Of a stretch of 64,000 bases of DNA, positions 43,052-53,460 are shown one piece after another (position 1 is the first letter of the stretch; the number at the start of each line of letters is the position of its first letter). The stretch is from Pseudomonadota bacterium. GTDB taxonomy: Bacteria; Pseudomonadota; Gammaproteobacteria; Pseudomonadales; Moraxellaceae. Under the pieces are notes generated by a model, which did no database searches, was not told the DNA's origin, and saw only the letters and a program-made list of their open reading frames with translations. A program made the position numbers and the translations under genes. The stretch is taken from contig JAKBFV010000001.1 of NCBI GenBank assembly GCA_021833365.1, positions 2,750 through 66,749 of the forward strand. Reading direction: 5' to 3'.

Positions 43052-43941
43052 GCCAGCCCCCGCAGTGCAGCGCCGACGGCCAGGGTCTGTTCCGGGTCCT
43101 TGAACTCTGGCGCACGTTCGAGCAGGCCGCCCAGATCGAGCAGGCTCACCTGCGGTGTCAGGTTCTGGTCGAGGTAGCCGGCCAGTTCCAAGGCGCGCTC
43201 ATGCGCCGAGATCAGCACCTCGCGCACCATGCCTTTACCGATCTGACTGTCGTAGTAGTCGAGAGAGCGCTGGATCTCGAGCAGCAGGGCTTCAAAGTCC
43301 TGAGGGTTGTGCAGGCGCTGCCAGCCCAGGGGGGCTTGGCGGGTCAGATAGAGGTGGCCATTCTGGATGAGCACGATCTGGCAGTCGTTGTTGCCGAGCA
43401 TGACCAGGGCGCGACCGCTGTCCTGCGGTTGCAGTCGTTGTCCGAGGTGCAGGCAGGCGATCTCGGGGATACTGATGCTGTGCAGTTCGAGGCGGGCGCT
43501 GGCGAAGCTGCGTTCGAGACTGACGATGGCGTTTTGTGGGCAGCTGGCGATATAGGCCATGCGCTGACGACCGCGATAGGCGTCCTCGGGCAGAGCGAAG
43601 GCGTCGAGGCGGGCGTCGTTGGCGTCATAGCTCAACAGCTCGGCGACACGCCAGCGCAGGGCGGCGGCGAGTTCCTCATCGGCGACCGCCGGCGCCTCGG
43701 TCAAGGTCAGCTGATATTGACCGGGCGCCAGGATCAGATGCAGGTCGGCGTGCTCGAATTCTCCCCGTCCCGCCAGCCCGGCGAGCACCATCGGCAGTTC
43801 CTGGCCATCGAACAACTGCTCGCCGCAGCTGAGCAGGCGTAGGGTCGGCTGTATCGACAGGCGCGCCCAGCTCAAGCCGTGCGTCGAGAGGACGATGCCC
43901 ACGCTATCGACAGCCTTTTTTTGCCAGAAACCCCAGCCCAA
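43048..43941 (-). CDS. mshI: PilM-like actin-fold assembly ATPase (N-terminal half of MshI)
   Basis: 297 aa. First gene of the msh cluster. Size and position fit a PilM/MshI N-domain. Weak motif evidence only. Confidence 0.6.
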   Translation of the reverse strand: MGWGFWQKKAVDSVGIVLSTHGLSWARLSIQPTLRLLSCGEQLFDGQELPMVLAGLAGRGEFEHADLHLILAPGQYQLTLTEAPAVADEELAAALRWRVAELLSYDANDARLDAFALPEDAYRGRQRMAYIASCPQNAIVSLERSFASARLELHSISIPEIACLHLGQRLQPQDSGRALVMLGNNDCQIVLIQNGHLYLTRQAPLGWQRLHNPQDFEALLLEIQRSLDYYDSQIGKGMVREVLISAHERALELAGYLDQNLTPQVSLLDLGGLLERAPEFKDPEQTLAVGAALRGLA

Positions 43942-44043
43942 TCTCGATCACCGCGTCAGTTTTTAACGTCTGTTCCTAGGATAGCAGGTAAGACGGCTAT
44001 GGATGCGCGAAAATCGGTGCTTTTATGGCATAATCGCAGGACC

Positions 44044-44502
44044 ATGCATATCGTCCTCTTTCAGCCGGAAATCCCCGGCAATACCGGCAATATCATCCGT
44101 CTGTGCGCCAATACCGGTGCCGATCTGCATCTCATCGAGCCGCTCGGTTTTCTCATGCAGGATGCGCGCCTGCGCCGTGCCGGTCTCGATTATCACGAAT
44201 GGGCGCGTGTGCGGCGCTGGCCGGATCTCGATCATTGTCTGAGCGAACTGAGCGGCCGGGTCACCGCCTTGACCACTTCTGGCGAGACCTGGCGCGGTGA
44301 GGCGCTGGCCGGCGCAGACGACATCTGGTTGTTTGGTCCGGAGACGCGCGGGCTACCGCATGAGGTGCTCGCCCATCCACGTATCGAGCGTCGTCTGCGC
44401 TGGCCGATGCGGCCGGGCAGCCGCAGTCTCAATCTATCGAACGCCGTCGCTGTCGTCGTCTATGAGGCCTGGCGCCAGCAGGGTTTCACTGGCGCTGTCT
44501 GA
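44044..44502 (+). CDS. trmL: tRNA (cytidine/uridine-2'-O-)-methyltransferase TrmL
   Basis: 152 aa from ATG 44044. MHIVLFQPEIPGNTGNIIRLCANTGADLHLIEPLGF plus a SPOUT knot (LFGPETRGLP...SLNLSNAVAVVVYEAWRQ). Confidence 0.9.
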   Translation: MHIVLFQPEIPGNTGNIIRLCANTGADLHLIEPLGFLMQDARLRRAGLDYHEWARVRRWPDLDHCLSELSGRVTALTTSGETWRGEALAGADDIWLFGPETRGLPHEVLAHPRIERRLRWPMRPGSRSLNLSNAVAVVVYEAWRQQGFTGAV

Positions 44503-44509
44503 GGCGCTC

Positions 44510-44977
44510 TCACTGCACGGTCGGTCCCGACTCGGCGAGTTGGCGCTGGCGTTCGGCGAAGACGAGATCGAAGTTCACCGGTGCCAGCAGCAGCTGCGGG
44601 AAGGAGCCGCGCGCCACCACGTCGGCGATCGCCTCGCGGGCGAAGGGGAAGAGGATGTTCGGGCAATAGGCGCCGAGCAGCTGCGCGAGATGATCCTCGG
44701 GGATCTTGTCCATGAGAAAGATCCCCGCCTGCTTGATCTCGGCGATGAAGGCGATGCTGTCGTCGAGGTTGGCGGTGACGGTGACGCCGAGCACGACTTC
44801 ATAGAAGGAGCCCTCGAGAGCCGTCGCCTCGGTGCTCAACTGGACGTTGATCTGCGGCTGCCAGTTGCTTTGAAAGACCTTGGGGGCATTCGGCACTTCA
44901 AAGGACAGGTCCTTGACGTAGACGCGTTGAATGGCGAACTGGCCTTGTTGCTGATCGGCGCTGGATGTCTCACTCAT
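44510..44977 (-). CDS. secB: protein-export chaperone SecB
   Basis: 155 aa from ATG 44977. FAIQRVYVKDLSFEVPNAP...CPNILFPFAREAIADVVARGSFPQLLLAPVNF closely resembles SecB. Confidence 0.9.
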   Translation of the reverse strand: MSETSSADQQQGQFAIQRVYVKDLSFEVPNAPKVFQSNWQPQINVQLSTEATALEGSFYEVVLGVTVTANLDDSIAFIAEIKQAGIFLMDKIPEDHLAQLLGAYCPNILFPFAREAIADVVARGSFPQLLLAPVNFDLVFAERQRQLAESGPTVQ

Positions 44978-45008
44978 GGTGCGATCCTTGTACGGGTGGG
45001 TGGGCGGG

Positions 45009-45263
45009 TCATTCGGCGAGCAGGCGATCGAGTTCGCCACTGCGCTCGAGGGAGTAGAGGTCGTCACAGCCGCCGACGCTGCGGCCGGCGATGAAGATCT
45101 GTGGCACGGTGCGCTGACCGGTGCGTTGTACCAGAGACTGACGTTCGGCGGCATCTTCGCTGACGTCGATCTCGCGGAAGGCGACGCCCTTGCGTGTCAG
45201 CAATTGCTTGGCGCGCACGCAGTAAGGGCAGACGCGGGTGGTATAGACGAGAACTTCAGGCAT
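45009..45263 (-). CDS. grxC: glutaredoxin 3
   Basis: 84 aa. CPYC active site and TVPQIFI..GGCDDL. Confidence 0.9.
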   Translation of the reverse strand: MPEVLVYTTRVCPYCVRAKQLLTRKGVAFREIDVSEDAAERQSLVQRTGQRTVPQIFIAGRSVGGCDDLYSLERSGELDRLLAE

Positions 45264-45277
45264 GTTCTTCCCCGTGC

Positions 45278-45691
45278 TCAGCTGATCAAGGGCAGTTGAT
45301 CCTGCGTCCAGCCATGGATGCCATGTGCCAGCTTGTAGACGCGTTTGAAGCCATCACGACGCAGGAGCTGACCGGCGGCGACGGCGGTCTGGCCGCGCAT
45401 GCAGATGACGATGATGGGCTTGTCACGGTAAGCGTGCAAGGAGCCCATCTGCTCACTGAGATCGGCGTAGGGCAGGTTGCGCGAACCGGTGATGTGACCG
45501 GCACGAAAGTCGGCGCTGCCGCGAATGTCGAGCAGCAGGGCCTCTTCGCTGTTGACCAGGCGCGTCAGCTCCTGATTGCTCACCGCTGGCAAGGCTTGTA
45601 GGGACTCGAGCATGACGTAAGCTCCGGCGAGAAGGATGAACAGGCCCGAAAGCCACCAATGTTCGAGAAAAAAGGCAAAAAGTTGCTGCAT
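45278..45691 (-). CDS. rhodanese-domain membrane-anchored sulfurtransferase
   Basis: 137 aa from ATG 45691. N-terminal TM, rhodanese fold and an active-site loop (VICMRGQTA). Conserved rhodanese-grxC-secB arrangement. Confidence 0.8.
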   Translation of the reverse strand: MQQLFAFFLEHWWLSGLFILLAGAYVMLESLQALPAVSNQELTRLVNSEEALLLDIRGSADFRAGHITGSRNLPYADLSEQMGSLHAYRDKPIIVICMRGQTAVAAGQLLRRDGFKRVYKLAHGIHGWTQDQLPLIS

Positions 45692-45737
45692 GCACGGAAC
45701 CCTCGTCGCACCGGCCGACAGTATACACCTTCCCGCT

Positions 45738-46760
45738 TCAGTCGTCTGTGCCGGCATCGGCGAGCAGGCTGCGCAGGCTGGCGAAGCGCTCTTCGCTGAG
45801 TTCGCCAGCGGCGCAGGCGGCGACGAAAGCACAACCGGGTTCGCTGTCATGGCGGCAGTTGCGGAAGCGACAGCGGCCGCGCCAGCTGGCGATCTCCGGG
45901 AAGCCGGCGAGGATCTCCGCTGTGCTCAGCAGGCCGAGCCCAAACTCGCGGATGCCGGGTGAGTCGATGAGATCACCACCGCCTTGCAGATGAAAGAGGC
46001 GGGCGGTGGTGGTGGTGTGCTGGCCAAGACCACTGTGGCTGGAGAGTGCGCGCGTGACCTGCTGGATATCCGGTAGCAGGACATTGACCAGAGAAGACTT
46101 GCCGACGCCGGACAGCCCGACGCAGGCGCTGACATGGCCAGGCAGCAGGGGGCGCAGCTCATCGAGGGTGCCGTTGCGTGCGCTCAGGCTCAAGCAGCGA
46201 TAACCGAGTCGCCGATAACGCGCGAGGCGCTCATGGTCGGCGCTTTCCGCCAGATCGCTCTTGTTGAGGACGAGCAGGGCTTGCAGGTCGGCGGCGTGGG
46301 CGGCGACGAGGTAGCGGTCGATAGCGAGATCACGGGTCGCCGGCTGGGGGGCGATGACGATGAGCAGTTGATCGATGTTGGCGGCGATGAGCTTGCTATG
46401 GCCCTGGCCATCCGGGCGCTCGAGAAGGCTGCGCCGCGGCAGCAGCGCCGCAACCACGCCGATACCATCTTCCTGCGGCGAGGGCTGCCAGAGGACGCGG
46501 TCACCGGTCGCCAGTGCTGGCAGGTTGGAGCGGCGGTGGCAACGCTGCAGGCAATAGCCATGCGGGTCGTCGGCCAGGCTCTCGACCTGTACCTGGGTGC
46601 CGTAGTGAGCCAGCACCAGCCCGGGTCTTTCGGCGGCGAGGTCACCTTGTGTCAGGAGGGCATGGGCGTGCGCTTCGCGTTTGGCGAGCCGGGCGATGCG
46701 TTCTTCCTGAATCTTGTCGATACGCCAGCGCTGCTGGCGGTTGAGTTTGCGTGCGCTCAT
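45738..46760 (-). CDS. rsgA: ribosome small-subunit-dependent GTPase A
   Basis: 340 aa from M37 of the track ORF. Circularly permuted GTPase (LVLNKSDL then [14 protein letters not shown]). C-terminal Zn finger ([14 protein letters not shown]). Confidence 0.85.
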   Translation of the reverse strand: MSARKLNRQQRWRIDKIQEERIARLAKREAHAHALLTQGDLAAERPGLVLAHYGTQVQVESLADDPHGYCLQRCHRRSNLPALATGDRVLWQPSPQEDGIGVVAALLPRRSLLERPDGQGHSKLIAANIDQLLIVIAPQPATRDLAIDRYLVAAHAADLQALLVLNKSDLAESADHERLARYRRLGYRCLSLSARNGTLDELRPLLPGHVSACVGLSGVGKSSLVNVLLPDIQQVTRALSSHSGLGQHTTTTARLFHLQGGGDLIDSPGIREFGLGLLSTAEILAGFPEIASWRGRCRFRNCRHDSEPGCAFVAACAAGELSEERFASLRSLLADAGTDD

Positions 46761-46845
46761 GGGTCCGGGGGCTGTGCCGATATCGCCCTGCAGGGTAGCC
46801 TCTGCTACACTGCGCTGCAATATCGACAGGGCGAGGAGCCGCAGC

Positions 46846-47400
46846 ATGCAAGCAGGCAAGGACGACAATCTCGTCTGGATCGATCTCGAAATGACCGGTC
46901 TGAATCCGGATCAGGATCGTATCATCGAGATGGCGGTGATCATCACCGATGCCCACCTCAACGTCCTCGCCGAAGGTCCAGTGCTCACCGTGCACCAGAA
47001 AGACATCGTGCTCAATGCCATGGACGAGTGGAATACCCGACAGCATGGCGGGTCTGGCCTCATCGATCGTGTGCGCCGCAGTACGCTGAGTGAGGCCGAG
47101 GCCGAGGCCACCATGCTCGAGTTCATCGCGCGTTTCGTCGATGCCCGGCAATCGCCGATGTGTGGCAATTCGATCTGCCAGGATCGACGTTTTCTTTATC
47201 GGCATATGCCGCGCCTCGAGGCCTACTTCCATTACCGCAACCTCGATGTCAGCAGCATCAAGGAGCTGGCGCGACGCTGGCATCCGGAGCTGATCAAGGG
47301 TCTGAACAAAAAGAGCTCGCATCTGGCACTCGAAGACATCCGTGATTCCATCGACGAGCTGCGCTACTACCGGCAGTACTTCATTCGACTGCCTTCCTGA
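46846..47400 (+). CDS. orn: oligoribonuclease
   Basis: 184 aa from ATG 46846. [16 protein letters not shown] exonuclease motif and [17 protein letters not shown]. Divergent from rsgA, as in E. coli. Confidence 0.9.
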   Translation: MQAGKDDNLVWIDLEMTGLNPDQDRIIEMAVIITDAHLNVLAEGPVLTVHQKDIVLNAMDEWNTRQHGGSGLIDRVRRSTLSEAEAEATMLEFIARFVDARQSPMCGNSICQDRRFLYRHMPRLEAYFHYRNLDVSSIKELARRWHPELIKGLNKKSSHLALEDIRDSIDELRYYRQYFIRLPS

Positions 47401-49180
47401 TCGGCTGGAAGCGGTAAGCGTTGCGGCCGCCATGTTTGGCGGCATAGACAGCGGTATCGGCGGCGGCGAGGAGTTCTTCGGCGTCGCGCACCCCACTCGG
47501 GATGCAGGTGCTGCCACCGAGACTGATGGTGATGTGCAGGGAATGGCTGGCGAGCTCGATGACGGCGTCATCGACGGCACGACGCAGATGTTCGGCGACG
47601 ATGGCCAGGCCATGCTCCTTGACGCAGGGCAGGAGGACGCAGAACTCCTCACCACCGAAGCGAGCGACGAGATCGATGTCGCGACGCACATGCTTTTGCA
47701 GGGTATGGGCGATGAAGCGCAAGGCCTCATCACCGCTCTGATGGCCATAGCGGTCATTGACCTGTTTGAAATGATCGATATCGATGACCAGCAGACCGAT
47801 GTGCTGGCCGCTGCGTTGTGCGCGCTTGATCTCATCGAGATAGCGCTGATCGAAGTGACGACGGTTGGGGATGCCGGTCAAAGGGTCGGTGACGCTGATC
47901 TCGGTCAGGCGCCGATTGGCCTCTTGCAGGGCCTGGGTGCGTAGCTCGACCTGCTGTTCGAGCTGGGCATTGGCTTGCCGCTGTGCGTCGAAAGCGTCCC
48001 TTTGTGCCTGTTCGCGCAGTTTGCGTTCGACGTTGACGCGCTCGCCGAGGGCGAAAGAGAGCAGCAGCACTTCCATCGCTGACCCGACCTGGGTGGCGTT
48101 CTCGGTGAAAAGATTGCGTTCGATCACGCCGAGCTTGTTGGCGGCGAGGATGGCGCCGCCGATCATGACGAAAGACCAAGCGAAGACGTAGTAGCGGGCG
48201 GTGGCGAAGCCGTCGCGCCAGCGCAGGCTGGCGGCGACGAAACTGCTCATGATGGCGATGACGGCGATGCCGATGCTGAGGTGGATGCCATAGCGATAGG
48301 GCAACACGAAAGCGCTCACCACGGACAGACCGGATAACAAAGCCATCTGATGCAGGACGCGCAACATCCAGGTCTGTCGTGCCTGGGCGATCTGCAGGAA
48401 TTCGCGGGTGAACAAGGTGGCGAAGAGCACCGACAGGGAGAGGAAAAAGACCAGGGCACTGTTGTTCCAGCTGCTGGCGCGCGGCCATAGGTACTGATAA
48501 GCGATGCCGTTCAGGCTCATCATGAACATCAGCATGCCGCCGACCCAGACGACGTAGTAGAGGCCGCTCAGTTCGCGCAGGCTGAAAAACAGAAAGAGGT
48601 TGTAGATCAACATGCAGATGACGACACCGTAGTAGATGCCGAGTAGGAGAAGATCGGTCTGGTCGTGCTGATGAAAGCGTGTTTCCGACCACAGGGTCAA
48701 AGGCACCTGCATGGCGCTGGCGGTATGGATGCGCAGCACGACCTGCAGGGTCTGTCCGGCTTGTACTTGCACGGGGATGACGAAGTTGCGGTGCTGATAG
48801 GGGCGCGCGGCAAAGGGCAGTGCATCGCCCATATGATAGACATGCAGCACCTGCGCACGCTCGAGGACCCAGACGTCGATGTGGTTGAGGACGGGATAGG
48901 CGATCTCGAGCAGGCGCTGCAGCGACTCCTGATCGCTGTTGTGCAGATTCAGACGGAACCAGTAGCTGCTGCGCGTATAACCGAAGTTGAGATCGGTCTT
49001 CTGGCCACGTTGCCAGCCGCTTTGTGCGAGAGCCTGAGTCAGGTCGAGGCGGGAGGTGGGGTCGGCGAGGTAGTCGACGTGCCGCCCCAGGCTCAAGTCG
49101 TCATCCTGGCGAACGATGTCGAGGGCGTGCACGCCTCCTATCTGCATCAGCAAGACGAGGAGAAGGAGGCGCTTAAGCAT
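47381..49180 (-). CDS. 7TMR-DISM sensor diguanylate cyclase (GGDEF)
   Basis: 599 aa from ATG 49180 ([19 protein letters not shown] signal). Periplasmic DISMED2-like domain, 7 TM helices and a coiled coil. GGDEF domain has an intact GGEEF and an RxxD I-site (RDID) 5 residues upstream. Confidence 0.85.
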   Translation of the reverse strand: MLKRLLLLVLLMQIGGVHALDIVRQDDDLSLGRHVDYLADPTSRLDLTQALAQSGWQRGQKTDLNFGYTRSSYWFRLNLHNSDQESLQRLLEIAYPVLNHIDVWVLERAQVLHVYHMGDALPFAARPYQHRNFVIPVQVQAGQTLQVVLRIHTASAMQVPLTLWSETRFHQHDQTDLLLLGIYYGVVICMLIYNLFLFFSLRELSGLYYVVWVGGMLMFMMSLNGIAYQYLWPRASSWNNSALVFFLSLSVLFATLFTREFLQIAQARQTWMLRVLHQMALLSGLSVVSAFVLPYRYGIHLSIGIAVIAIMSSFVAASLRWRDGFATARYYVFAWSFVMIGGAILAANKLGVIERNLFTENATQVGSAMEVLLLSFALGERVNVERKLREQAQRDAFDAQRQANAQLEQQVELRTQALQEANRRLTEISVTDPLTGIPNRRHFDQRYLDEIKRAQRSGQHIGLLVIDIDHFKQVNDRYGHQSGDEALRFIAHTLQKHVRRDIDLVARFGGEEFCVLLPCVKEHGLAIVAEHLRRAVDDAVIELASHSLHITISLGGSTCIPSGVRDAEELLAAADTAVYAAKHGGRNAYRFQPIRKAVE

Positions 49181-50234
49181 GCGCCGCGCTCCTCGCTGCG
49201 AGCCACTCCAGCGACCATTGCGCGTGGCGGCGAACCTGGGCGCTGTCATGCTGGCAGAGGCGGTACAGAGCCGCCTGTGTCGCTGGTTCGGCGGGCGCAT
49301 TGCCGAGGCCCACGGCGACATTCCGCAAAAAGCCTTCGTAGCCGATGCGCCCCAAGGCCGATCCCTCACTGATACGCCGATAGTCCTCTTCACTATAGCA
49401 GCTCAAATCACTTAGGCGAGCAGCGTGCAGGCCGTGGCGACTCTGCAGGTCTTTTTCCTCGGTGGTGCGCGCATAGCGATTCCAGGGACAGATGAGCTGG
49501 CAGTCGTCGCAACCAAAGATGCGATTGCCGATGGCTGGGCGCAGAGCCTCGGGGATATCGGCGCGGCTTTCGATCGTCCAGTAGCTGATGCACAGGCGCG
49601 CATCGAGGCGATAAGGTGCGCGCAGGGCATGGGTCGGACAGACGTCGATACAGGCGCGGCATGAGCCACAGGAGGAGGGGACGGCAGTGTCGGCCGGCAG
49701 ATGAAGATCGGTATAGATCTCGCCGAGAAAGAAGGCGGAGCCCAGCTGGCGATCGAGGATCAGGGTGTTTTTACCCATCCAGCCCAACCCTGCCTGTACG
49801 GCGAGGGGTTTCTCCAGCACCGGCGCCGAGTCGACGAAGACACGCGTCTGCACCGGTCCGGCCAGTTCGACGAGTCGGGCGGCGAGGCGGGCCAGGCGTT
49901 TGCGCATCAGTTTGTGATAGTCGCGACCGAGGGCGTAGCGAGCGATATAGGCGCGGCGCGGATCGCCGAGAGCGGCCATGGAATCGGCCTGCTCCGGCCA
50001 GTAAGGCAGACTGACGCTGATGACGCTGAGCGTGCCGGGGATGAGTTCAGCGGGCCGATGGCGCTTGCTGCCATGCTTGATCATATAATCCATGTCGGCG
50101 CCGTGACCGCGTTGCCACCACTGCGCCAGACGCTCTCCCGCCTCTTCGAGATCAGGATGGCTGACCCCGAGACGAGCGAAGCCGAGTTCGAGGGCATAGT
50201 GGCGCAGCTCGGTTTTGAGGTCGGTCATCGCCAC
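49173..50234 (-). CDS. queG: epoxyqueuosine reductase QueG
   Basis: 353 aa. 4Fe-4S motifs CGSCRACIDVCP and CDDCQLICPWN. C-terminal HEAT-like region. Confidence 0.9.
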   Translation of the reverse strand: MAMTDLKTELRHYALELGFARLGVSHPDLEEAGERLAQWWQRGHGADMDYMIKHGSKRHRPAELIPGTLSVISVSLPYWPEQADSMAALGDPRRAYIARYALGRDYHKLMRKRLARLAARLVELAGPVQTRVFVDSAPVLEKPLAVQAGLGWMGKNTLILDRQLGSAFFLGEIYTDLHLPADTAVPSSCGSCRACIDVCPTHALRAPYRLDARLCISYWTIESRADIPEALRPAIGNRIFGCDDCQLICPWNRYARTTEEKDLQSRHGLHAARLSDLSCYSEEDYRRISEGSALGRIGYEGFLRNVAVGLGNAPAEPATQAALYRLCQHDSAQVRRHAQWSLEWLAARSAAHA

Positions 50235-50240
50235 GAAGGC

Positions 50241-50708
50241 TCAGAGTGTCTCCACGGTTTGCGGTTCGCGCAGAAGTTTGAGCAGATGATCCTCGACGGT
50301 GAAGCGATCGGCGAGTGCCAGCCCAAGGTCGGAGAGCTCGCCGGCGAGCTGTGAGTGCAGATCCTCGCAGTGCTCATCGTTATCGAAGAGGTCATTGAAA
50401 CGCAGGGCGGCATCAGTGCTCGCCTGCAACTGGCTGTAGAGCTTGCGCGCGCGTTCGACGGTCGCATGTCGCCCCTGTAGCTCGGCGCGATGCAGGAGGG
50501 TGTCGTAGATCTCGAAGTGACCCGCCGAGACATAGTCCATCAAGAGCTGACAGAAAGCCTGCACACGCGTGCCGGTCGGAACGCCGGCATTGCCGGGTTG
50601 CTTGATGTCGCACAGTAGGACGAGCAGTTCCTGACGTTCCTGCAGCCAGGCGGCGACAGCCTGATCGATGCGTTCCTGTCGTTCGTCGGTGGGGTCGAGC
50701 TTGAGCAT
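50241..50708 (-). CDS. rsd: Rsd/AlgQ-family anti-sigma-70 regulator
   Basis: 155 aa. FCQLLMDYVSAGHFEIYDTLL aligns with E. coli Rsd FCQSLVDYLSAGHFSIYERI. Confidence 0.75.
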   Translation of the reverse strand: MLKLDPTDERQERIDQAVAAWLQERQELLVLLCDIKQPGNAGVPTGTRVQAFCQLLMDYVSAGHFEIYDTLLHRAELQGRHATVERARKLYSQLQASTDAALRFNDLFDNDEHCEDLHSQLAGELSDLGLALADRFTVEDHLLKLLREPQTVETL

Positions 50709-50788
50709 AATCCTGTCCTGTGGCTGTACCGATGCCGCGTTGTCTCCTCTAACCTAGCACGAATGCCGGCGTCGGCAAACTCCGGTGA

Positions 50789-51277
50789 TCAGCGGCGCAG
50801 CATTTGCCAGACGGCGAGCAGGAAAATGCTGAAAAAAGCAGCAAAACTAAGCTCGGGTAGACTGAGACCGAGCAAGGTCCAGTCGACTTTGGCGCATTCG
50901 CCAGAACCACGCAGGACCAGGCTGAGGACTTTCTGCATGGGAAAGACCTGCAGCATATAGTTGAGGCCGGGACCACAATCGGGGACCTGATCGGCGGGCA
51001 GATGTTGCAGCCAGATGTGTCGTGTCGCAACGCCCGCCCCGGCCAGCGCCGCCAGGGCCAGGAGCAGGGCATAGGCGCGCCGGCTGAAGCGGCCACCGTC
51101 ATGCAAAGTGGCGATGAGGGCGATCAGGCCGACCGTCATCATGGCGACGCGCTGAAAGATGCAGAGCGGACAGGGGTGCAGGTGCACGGCGTATTGCAGG
51201 TAGAGGGCGCTGGCCATGCTGGCGAGACTGGCGAGTAAAATGAAAGCGAAGACTTGGCGCTGGCTGGGTGGGCACAT
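50789..51277 (-). CDS. dsbB: disulfide bond formation protein B
   Basis: 162 aa from M21 of the track ORF. Four TM helices, a CPLC motif in the first periplasmic loop and a second Cys pair (CGP...C). Confidence 0.85.
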   Translation of the reverse strand: MCPPSQRQVFAFILLASLASMASALYLQYAVHLHPCPLCIFQRVAMMTVGLIALIATLHDGGRFSRRAYALLLALAALAGAGVATRHIWLQHLPADQVPDCGPGLNYMLQVFPMQKVLSLVLRGSGECAKVDWTLLGLSLPELSFAAFFSIFLLAVWQMLRR

Positions 51278-51377
51278 CGTGTTATCCTTGATCGGCAGGC
51301 AGGTGCCTAATGTCAGGGCAAGCGCGGCGCAGGTCAAGCGCCAAGTGGCGATGCATTCCAGGAAAGAGGGGGGGCGA

Positions 51378-51806
51378 ATGATGGTGTGGCAGGGGTGGAT
51401 GCTTCGCGTCCTGGTTCTAGGTGTTCTGGGTAGCAGCAGCGTGTTCGGTCACGCGGAAGGTGAGGCCGCCGGAAGCGTGCCCTATGTCGACATCGGTCCT
51501 TCCTTCGTCACCAATTTCGATACGGGCGATACCAGCAGCAGTCATTACGTCAAGGTCGATGTCGCCCTGCGTGTCGATACCGCTGACATGATCGACATCG
51601 TCAAATACCACAAGGATGCCCTGCGCAACTACCTCCTGCTGCTGCTCTCGGCACAGGATGAAGCGACCATGAGCTCGGTGCAGGGGCGTGAAAATCTGCG
51701 CAAGAAAGCCCTGCACGGCCTGAACGCCATCCTGCAGCATGAAGAGGGTGACAAGGCGCATATCCGCGACATCTATTTCACCAACTTCGTCCTGCAGCAG
51801 GGCTGA
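51378..51806 (+). CDS. FliL-like basal-body-associated family protein (periplasmic, signal peptide)
   Basis: 142 aa from ATG 51378, preceded by a GGAAAGAGGGGGGG RBS. YVDIGPSFVTNF...YVKVDVALRV...LRNYLLLLLS...ENLRKKAL..IYFTNFVLQ follows the FliL-family pattern. No other flagellar genes are nearby, so the function is unclear. Confidence 0.5.
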   Translation: MMVWQGWMLRVLVLGVLGSSSVFGHAEGEAAGSVPYVDIGPSFVTNFDTGDTSSSHYVKVDVALRVDTADMIDIVKYHKDALRNYLLLLLSAQDEATMSSVQGRENLRKKALHGLNAILQHEEGDKAHIRDIYFTNFVLQQG

Positions 51807-51834
51807 TCCGCCATGCTCTACTCCGCCCTCTCCG

Positions 51835-53406
51835 TCAGGACAGGGGCGGCTCGAAATAGGCGGCGAGGTAGGCGTCGAGATCGATCTTGTCGCTGGCTTC
51901 GAGAGCCCTCTGGTCGTCGAGGCTGCGGCGCGCCAGATCGGCGAGGGTCGACGCGGTGGCGGCGGCCAGCGGCTGTTGCAGATAGTGCGTGCGGGTATCC
52001 TTCGCGACCTGCAGGGCGAATTCGAAAAAGGATCCTTGTTCCGGTAGCAGGTGCGTCAGGATGCGCGCCGAGAGACAGCGTTCAGGTTCGAGGATGCGCT
52101 GCCGATAGGCCTGCAGGGCGGCGCTGTAGCCGTGTTCGTCATAGGCGCGGTCGAGTGCGGCTGCGCTCACGCTCATCGCCTCGAGCAAGGCAAGAGCACG
52201 CGTGTGGAAGTCGAACTCCCCCTGACCATCGAGCAGGCGCAAACCCGGGCGACGACCCTCCTGCACGACGCGGCGCTGATTCTCACTGAGGATGGCGCGT
52301 TCCGGCGCCTGGAAGCAGGGGCTCTCCATGAGCAGCATGTGCAGGGCGAAGACTTCAAGAAAGTGCGCCGCCACCGTATCGATGCCGCGCGGTGAGAAGG
52401 GGTCAAGGTCGACGCAGCGCAGCTCGACATACTCGACGCCGCGCCGCTGCAGTGCTAGGGCTGGGCGTTCGCCGCGCTGCACCGTGCGTTTCGGGCGGAT
52501 CAGACCGTAGTACTCATTTTCGATCTGCAGGATGTTGCCGCTGATCTGCTGACGCTCGCCGTCCGCCGATAGCACGCCGAGGGCCATGAAGTCGGGGTGC
52601 GGCGTGCGGATGGCGCGATCGAGGTCGCGCACATAGTGCGGCAGATCGTTGTAGGACACCGTCAATCCGGCCTGGACATGGTTCTGATAGCCGATGTCGC
52701 TCATGCGCAAGGACGTGGCGTACGGCAGATACAGGGTATGGCCGGAGGTGCTGTGCATCAGCGGGTGCTGCTTGCCGGCGAGAAAGCTGGCGCAGACCGC
52801 CGGACTGGCGCCATAAAGGTAGAGGAGCAGCCAGCTGTGGCGTTGAAAATTGCGCACCAGGCTGAAGTAGTCGCGCGACTTGAGGGTGCTCAGGTCGCCT
52901 GACCAGTTCTGCTGTGCGGCGCGTAGCTGCCAGAAGGCGTCGGGAAAGGACAGGTTGTAATGGATGCCGGCGATGGTCTGCATTTTGCGGCCATAGCGTA
53001 GACCGAGGCCATGCCGATAGAGGGTCTTCATGCGGCCGCTGTTCGAAGAACCGTATTGCGCCAGCGGAATCGCGGCGTCCTCACCGAGCAGGCAGGGCAT
53101 GGAGTGTGGCCACAGTTGCTCGTCATCGAGATGACGGTAGACATAAGCGTGCAGATCGTCGAGGTGCTGCAGCGCTTCAGCGATCGAGGGCAGGGCCGGC
53201 GTGATCAGCTCGAGCAGAGCTTCCGAGTAATCGGTGGTGATCTGGGCATGGGTCAGAGCGGCGCCGAGGCCGGTGGGATGCGGAGTCTGCGCCAGTCGTC
53301 CGCCAGCATCGATGCGCAAGGATTCTTTTTCGAGACCACGGCGCATGCCGCGCAAGCTGTCGGCGTGGCCGAGCAGCCAGTCCGCCACGTTCGGAGAGAG
53401 ATGCAT
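51835..53406 (-). CDS. gshA: glutamate-cysteine ligase
   Basis: 523 aa from ATG 53406 (GAGGA RBS); the track ORF extends to 53451. GLEKESLRIDAGGRLAQTPHP..LGAALTHAQITTDYSEALLELITP aligns with E. coli GshA. Confidence 0.9.
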   Translation of the reverse strand: MHLSPNVADWLLGHADSLRGMRRGLEKESLRIDAGGRLAQTPHPTGLGAALTHAQITTDYSEALLELITPALPSIAEALQHLDDLHAYVYRHLDDEQLWPHSMPCLLGEDAAIPLAQYGSSNSGRMKTLYRHGLGLRYGRKMQTIAGIHYNLSFPDAFWQLRAAQQNWSGDLSTLKSRDYFSLVRNFQRHSWLLLYLYGASPAVCASFLAGKQHPLMHSTSGHTLYLPYATSLRMSDIGYQNHVQAGLTVSYNDLPHYVRDLDRAIRTPHPDFMALGVLSADGERQQISGNILQIENEYYGLIRPKRTVQRGERPALALQRRGVEYVELRCVDLDPFSPRGIDTVAAHFLEVFALHMLLMESPCFQAPERAILSENQRRVVQEGRRPGLRLLDGQGEFDFHTRALALLEAMSVSAAALDRAYDEHGYSAALQAYRQRILEPERCLSARILTHLLPEQGSFFEFALQVAKDTRTHYLQQPLAAATASTLADLARRSLDDQRALEASDKIDLDAYLAAYFEPPLS

Positions 53407-53460
53407 GAGCTGGTGATCCTCAGGGGCGAGCTCAAAACATGGAGGCGTCATGCGCTCATT

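Noticed and set aside
46642-47835. 397-aa minus-strand ORF spanning orn
   Set aside because: It is antisense to orn and in a different frame from the GGDEF gene 3' end. It is low-complexity.
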